Below are positions 60,120 through 64,000 of a DNA stretch of 64,000 nt, piece by piece (position 1 is the first letter of the stretch; every line of letters begins with the position of its first letter). Under the pieces are notes generated by a model that saw nothing but the letters and a program-made list of their open reading frames with translations, was not told the origin of the DNA and made no database searches. Where the stretch lies: contig CAZHSY010000001.1 of the NCBI GenBank assembly GCA_964535385.1, forward strand, positions 29,007 to 93,006, in the 5' to 3' direction. Source of the DNA: an uncultured Candidatus Saccharibacteria bacterium (GTDB lineage: Bacteria > Patescibacteriota > Saccharimonadia > CAILAD01 > GCA-016700035). A program made the position numbers and the translations under genes.

Positions 60120-61472
60120 CTACTTAACAGGGTATTGGGCGATAGTATTGCTAGCTCGAGTCTCGGCTTGGCGCACGGCTGGCTGTGGATCCAGCCCTGA
60201 GAGAACACTAATGGTGGCATCTGAGAAATAGTTATTCATCTCCTGATCATTGCCCTTATAGAAAATTTGCGAGGAGATGATTTGGCCTACAAACGGGCCG
60301 AAAATGGCGTTTGATTTCTGCGCCTCAACCAAGTCCTTGCGGCTGGTAGGGATGTGGTGAGCTTCATTAAAGCGCTGCTGCTGATCGCGAGTAGCGGCAA
60401 AGCGCAAGAAGTCCCAAGCATATTCGGAGTGGGCCGACTTACTACCCACACTCTCGACCCAGAACTGAGCTAGATTAATAGCCGCCTGACCATCAACCTG
60501 GGGCATGGTGGATGTTTTGTACTTGAGGCTGGGATTCAGGGTAGCAAGCGTTGAGGCTGTTTCTGGATAGTTAATCATAAAGGCTGCCTTACCGGCTGCA
60601 AACGCCTGAATATCGCTCCCTAGTGCGTCCTGATAGCTGTAGTTGGCCTTGGCTGGCTCGGCGAAGCTAGCATAGAAGTCCATAGCCTTCGCACCCACCG
60701 CCACACCAGCAACATCGTTCTGAGCAAACAGCGCCCGGGTTGGCGGATCGTCAGTCAGCTGAGCACCATTCTGAAGTATCAGCAGAGCTTCGATGTCAGT
60801 AGCGCGCGTAATATTTGTGGTACCGAGAGCAGCGCCAGACTGAGTAATGGTCGCGCCAGTTTTCTGAGTGAGTTTGCGACTCGCGGCTACGAACTGGGTC
60901 CAGTTCTTCGGCACCTCAACGCCAGCGGCTTGCAAGAGACTTGGATTATAAAAAAGTCCGAGGGTTGATGCGCCGTACGATACGCCTTTGATCTGACCAT
61001 TTGTAATGAGATTCTTGGCGACAACATCGGCGAACACCTCACGATAGGTCGCTTCTGAGTACACCGTACTCGGTGCTGCACCGAGGTAGCTTCGGTAGCG
61101 GGGGAGCCAGTCACTATTCACTGAGAACATATCCGGTAACGTACCGGCCTGAGCGGCTTGGGTTAACTGAGCTTGATACTGAGCTAGGTCGATCGTCTGG
61201 AGCTGAATGGTGACCATCGGATGAAGCTTTTTAAAATCAGCAATCGTAGCCTCGAGCGCACTATCGGCGCTACCCACACGCCAATACTGAAGCGTCACCG
61301 GCTTATCACCGTAGACTACTTGGCTCTTACTGTCAGCTGGCTCAATTAAGCCAGAGAGGGGATTATTCTGCCAGGGGCGGAATGAGAACCACAACAGCAA
61401 AGCTGCTACCAGTAATAGCCCAGCCGCCAAGCTAAGAATAAAATATTGTTTGAAATAAGCTCTAAACTTCAT
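60120..61472 (-). CDS. ABC transporter substrate-binding protein (sugar-type, family 1)
   Basis: 450 aa. N-terminal TM/signal anchor. Architecture of extracellular solute-binding protein family 1. Confidence 0.7.
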   Translation of the reverse strand: MKFRAYFKQYFILSLAAGLLLVAALLLWFSFRPWQNNPLSGLIEPADSKSQVVYGDKPVTLQYWRVGSADSALEATIADFKKLHPMVTIQLQTIDLAQYQAQLTQAAQAGTLPDMFSVNSDWLPRYRSYLGAAPSTVYSEATYREVFADVVAKNLITNGQIKGVSYGASTLGLFYNPSLLQAAGVEVPKNWTQFVAASRKLTQKTGATITQSGAALGTTNITRATDIEALLILQNGAQLTDDPPTRALFAQNDVAGVAVGAKAMDFYASFAEPAKANYSYQDALGSDIQAFAAGKAAFMINYPETASTLATLNPSLKYKTSTMPQVDGQAAINLAQFWVESVGSKSAHSEYAWDFLRFAATRDQQQRFNEAHHIPTSRKDLVEAQKSNAIFGPFVGQIISSQIFYKGNDQEMNNYFSDATISVLSGLDPQPAVRQAETRASNTIAQYPVK

Positions 61473-61578
61473 ATAGTCGTAAAAATAACTCCAGCGCTAA
61501 AAAGTAGCAAAAGCAAGTGTAAGCTACCAGACATAGCCACTATTGTAACAAACCCAGGTCATTACGCTTGCTGAAGTG

Positions 61579-61953
61579 TCAAAACTGTTTGAGGACGAAA
61601 TTAACAATCGCGTAGGCCAGGAGGGCTACAATGACACCGACGACGGCGTAGAGGATGGTGTCCTTAGCAGCCGTGGTATTCTTGGGGTCACCACCAGATA
61701 GAACGTAGCGTAAGCCACCGATCACGATCATAATCACTGCTACTGCACCAATTATGAAGAGCAGAAGATTAACGATCTTACCAATTGCAATCGGTACCGT
61801 AGTAGGGGAGCTACCACAGCTGACACCAGCGCCGACCGCATCACCACCGCTAGGATTGCCGCAAGCCGCCCGAGCTGTCGGCATAGTCAAACCAATGCCG
61901 AGAAAGATAGGGGTAAGCACAAAGGCTCGAGTCAGGAGGTAGCGTATTTTCAT
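61579..61953 (-). CDS. small secreted two-TM pilin-like protein (TrbC/VirB2-type T4SS pilin family, paralog 1)
   Basis: 124 aa. Signal peptide, and a conserved C-terminal block IGGLRYVLSGGDPKNTTAAKDTILYAVVGVIVALLAYAIVNF shared by all four tandem genes. Confidence 0.55.
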   Translation of the reverse strand: MKIRYLLTRAFVLTPIFLGIGLTMPTARAACGNPSGGDAVGAGVSCGSSPTTVPIAIGKIVNLLLFIIGAVAVIMIVIGGLRYVLSGGDPKNTTAAKDTILYAVVGVIVALLAYAIVNFVLKQF

Positions 61954-62039
61954 CTCTTGTATTGTAACAAGATTGGAGGCGGAACGAAAACAAAAACTCC
62001 TGTCTCTTCGACAGGAGTTTTTAGTCTCACAAAGGTTTC

Positions 62040-62435
62040 CTAGGTGCCTGACGATGCCCCGAATTGCCCGAGAATGAAGTTCACGATCGCGTAGGCCAGG
62101 AGAGCCACTACGATACCAACCACAGCGTAGAGGATGGTGTCCTTGGCGGCCGTGGTGTTGGTCGAGTTACCACCCGAGAAGACATAGCGGAAGCCACCAA
62201 CTACCAACATAATCACCGCCACAGTACCAATAGCGAAGAGCATGGTATTAGTAATGATTTTAATGTTAGCAACAAGGTCGCCGGACTGATTATTTCCCTG
62301 TGCAGCACCAGCACCACCACTAATACTCGTCGTATCCTGAGCAGCGTGTGCGGTACCAACCAAAGCGGTTGCTACCACTGCATTACCAGCCAAGGCGAGG
62401 CCACCTTTCTTAAGTAAGTCTTTGGCTTGACTCAT
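62040..62435 (-). CDS. pilin-like protein, paralog 2
   Basis: 131 aa. Same C-terminal block (VGGFRYVFSGGNSTNTTAAKDTILYAVVGIVVALLAYAIVNF). Confidence 0.55.
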   Translation of the reverse strand: MSQAKDLLKKGGLALAGNAVVATALVGTAHAAQDTTSISGGAGAAQGNNQSGDLVANIKIITNTMLFAIGTVAVIMLVVGGFRYVFSGGNSTNTTAAKDTILYAVVGIVVALLAYAIVNFILGQFGASSGT

Positions 62436-62607
62436 AATTACATTTTTCTCCTTATAATTGCTTATTATACCGCGCTAAAGCGCTTTTGCCATTACATTTT
62501 AGATGATTTTTTCAAAATGGTAGTGCTTATATGCAAAATAAGTCAGCCTCCACCTGGTCTAAGCCTGATCGGAGTGCCGAACAAACTAGTTATTTCCAAA
62601 CGACTTA

Positions 62608-63135
62608 TTAGCCCTTTAAGACACCAACCAGGAAGTTCACGATAGCCGAGCCCATGATCGCCACTCCGAGGCCAATTGCCGCATACATGATGGCATCCTT
62701 GGCCGTCTTAGCCTTGCCCGGATCACCAGCAGAAGTCGCATACATGATGCCACCAACGACGATCACTATGACAGCCGAGGCGCCAATCACCCACATAAAA
62801 AGGCCTAAGCCGGTATTAATCATACCTTGTAAGCTTGATTGGTTTTGCGCCACCGGCATGACGAAATCCACAATCGACCGAGCTAGGATAACGATACCAA
62901 ACCCAACCGCCGTATAGATGATGGAGTTCAGCGCCAGCTTCGTGCGGTCTGGCCGTCCAGCTGAGATGATGTAGAGGAAGCCCGAAGCCACCATCATAAT
63001 CACCGTTATAACCCCGGCTGCGTACATGGCGTAGTTAAAGATATTGTTGACTATTACCGCAGGATTATTAGATATGGTCGGTAGTACACCCGGGGCTGAG
63101 GGGAGACCGTCCGCAATATATGTAAGTCCTCTCAT
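62608..63135 (-). CDS. pilin-like protein, paralog 3 (internally duplicated, two pilin-like repeats)
   Basis: 175 aa. Two consecutive hydrophobic-pair modules (…SAGRPDRTKLALNSIIYTAVGFGIVILARSIVDF and …SAGDPGKAKTAKDAIMYAAIGLGVAIMGSAIVNF). Confidence 0.55.
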   Translation of the reverse strand: MRGLTYIADGLPSAPGVLPTISNNPAVIVNNIFNYAMYAAGVITVIMMVASGFLYIISAGRPDRTKLALNSIIYTAVGFGIVILARSIVDFVMPVAQNQSSLQGMINTGLGLFMWVIGASAVIVIVVGGIMYATSAGDPGKAKTAKDAIMYAAIGLGVAIMGSAIVNFLVGVLKG

Positions 63136-63977
63136 GATGCCCCCAGTATCTGCTTGACGATATTAAATATCAAACCAGCGGCCAGCACACCAAGGAAGCC
63201 AATCAGGCCGTAGGTGATCGTCTTGCGGGCACCCTGAATCTTTTGGGGGTTACCCGTAGCAGTGACCATCTGGATACCTCCAAAGATCACCATGAAGACG
63301 GCCAGGGCGCCGGCTGTAAATTGGATGTAATTAACAACAGCCATAATAATGTCGAATACGGTTTTCTTAGCGAAGCCACCCTGGATATCGACACCAAGAA
63401 AAGTACCACTCGTAACTCCAATTAAGCCCAAAATCAGTCGACCTGAAGCGAACAAGGCAATACTTGAAACCGCTAAAACAATTCGCCGTTTACCGGCCTT
63501 AAGGCCTTCCGGCGACCCGCCAGCTGTCATGACCTGCAGGAAGCCAACGGATATCATAATTGTCAAAATAATAGTCGCTAAGGAGAGAATATAGTTTGAT
63601 AGATTCTGGACTATCACTTGAATGGCATTGCCAGAACTGCCAGGCGGACAGAGTGTCTCGCGAACGAAGCCACCAGCACTAATATCTGAACTTAGCTCAT
63701 CGCAACTGCCTGCGTAGTGGCCTTGATTTTTAGGATTGCCAATTATAGGGCCGGAATTACCGGACTCACTACCACATCCGCCGTTAGTACCTGAATTTTG
63801 ACAGTATTGACCCAATGCATCCGCCTGAACTACTGGCGCCGACGGTAGTAATGCCCCAGTCATTAAAACCGCCAACGAAACGACTAGAATAATGTAACTG
63901 ACTATTTTTAGTACTTTCATTACCCTCATTATAAGCATGTTTGCTATACTTTGGATATCAAATGCGCAGTCAACCAA
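63132..63977 (-). CDS. pilin-like protein, paralog 4 (extended N-terminal domain)
   Basis: 281 aa. Signal peptide, a Gly/Ser/Cys-rich extracellular region, then two modules ending in ...TATGNPQKIQGARKTITYGLIGFLGVLAAGLIFNIV. Confidence 0.5.
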   Translation of the reverse strand: MVDCAFDIQSIANMLIMRVMKVLKIVSYIILVVSLAVLMTGALLPSAPVVQADALGQYCQNSGTNGGCGSESGNSGPIIGNPKNQGHYAGSCDELSSDISAGGFVRETLCPPGSSGNAIQVIVQNLSNYILSLATIILTIMISVGFLQVMTAGGSPEGLKAGKRRIVLAVSSIALFASGRLILGLIGVTSGTFLGVDIQGGFAKKTVFDIIMAVVNYIQFTAGALAVFMVIFGGIQMVTATGNPQKIQGARKTITYGLIGFLGVLAAGLIFNIVKQILGAS

Positions 63978-64000
63978 ATCATGTGGTATTAAAGCAGTTA

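Overview
The window is a 64 kb bacterial chromosomal segment with a background GC of roughly 48%. Clear housekeeping genes are present: groES-groEL with a perfect CIRCE operator, valS, tsaD, rarA, msrA, msrB, pepF, a Mur-ligase-like gene, an LCP-family gene, two FemAB-family genes, phosphoglucomutase, a glycerophosphodiesterase, mscL, comF, hsp20, a vapBC pair and several tRNA genes. The gene content (FemAB plus LCP, four tandem small secretion-pilin-like genes, a compact valS, tsaD) suggests a Gram-positive-like, possibly Saccharibacteria/CPR-type organism; this is inference only.

The most striking feature is a five-gene plus-strand operon at about 16.7-19.5 kb. Its genes are about 60% GC and each intergenic spacer carries a conserved roughly 60 nt element with the sequence hallmarks of a type III hammerhead ribozyme (CUGAC-UC, a stem I hairpin, CUGAUGA, a stem II hairpin, GAAA, GUCAG), followed by a conserved AAGGAG ribosome-binding site. 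There are four such copies. The operon encodes a very acidic small protein, a small coiled-coil/Cys protein, a DEDDh 3'-5' exonuclease, a P-loop kinase-like ATPase and a CYTH (triphosphate tunnel) protein. I interpret this as a horizontally acquired, probably phage-derived, ribozyme-processed operon of nucleotide-metabolising genes, and as a candidate anti-defence or nucleotide-signalling module.

The surrounding 16-40 kb region is a mosaic of high-GC patches (57-66% GC) between normal-GC genes. These patches include an Rpf-like transglycosylase lipoprotein, many hypothetical proteins, and two membrane-protein genes that each have a duplicated, roughly 240 nt structured 5' leader behind its own sigma70-like promoter.

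Other notable items are a tRNA cluster with a truncated tandem tRNA duplicate and tRNA-like oddities, an IS200-like tnpA relic, and a decayed spermidine-synthase-like pseudogene. No CRISPR array or rRNA was seen.
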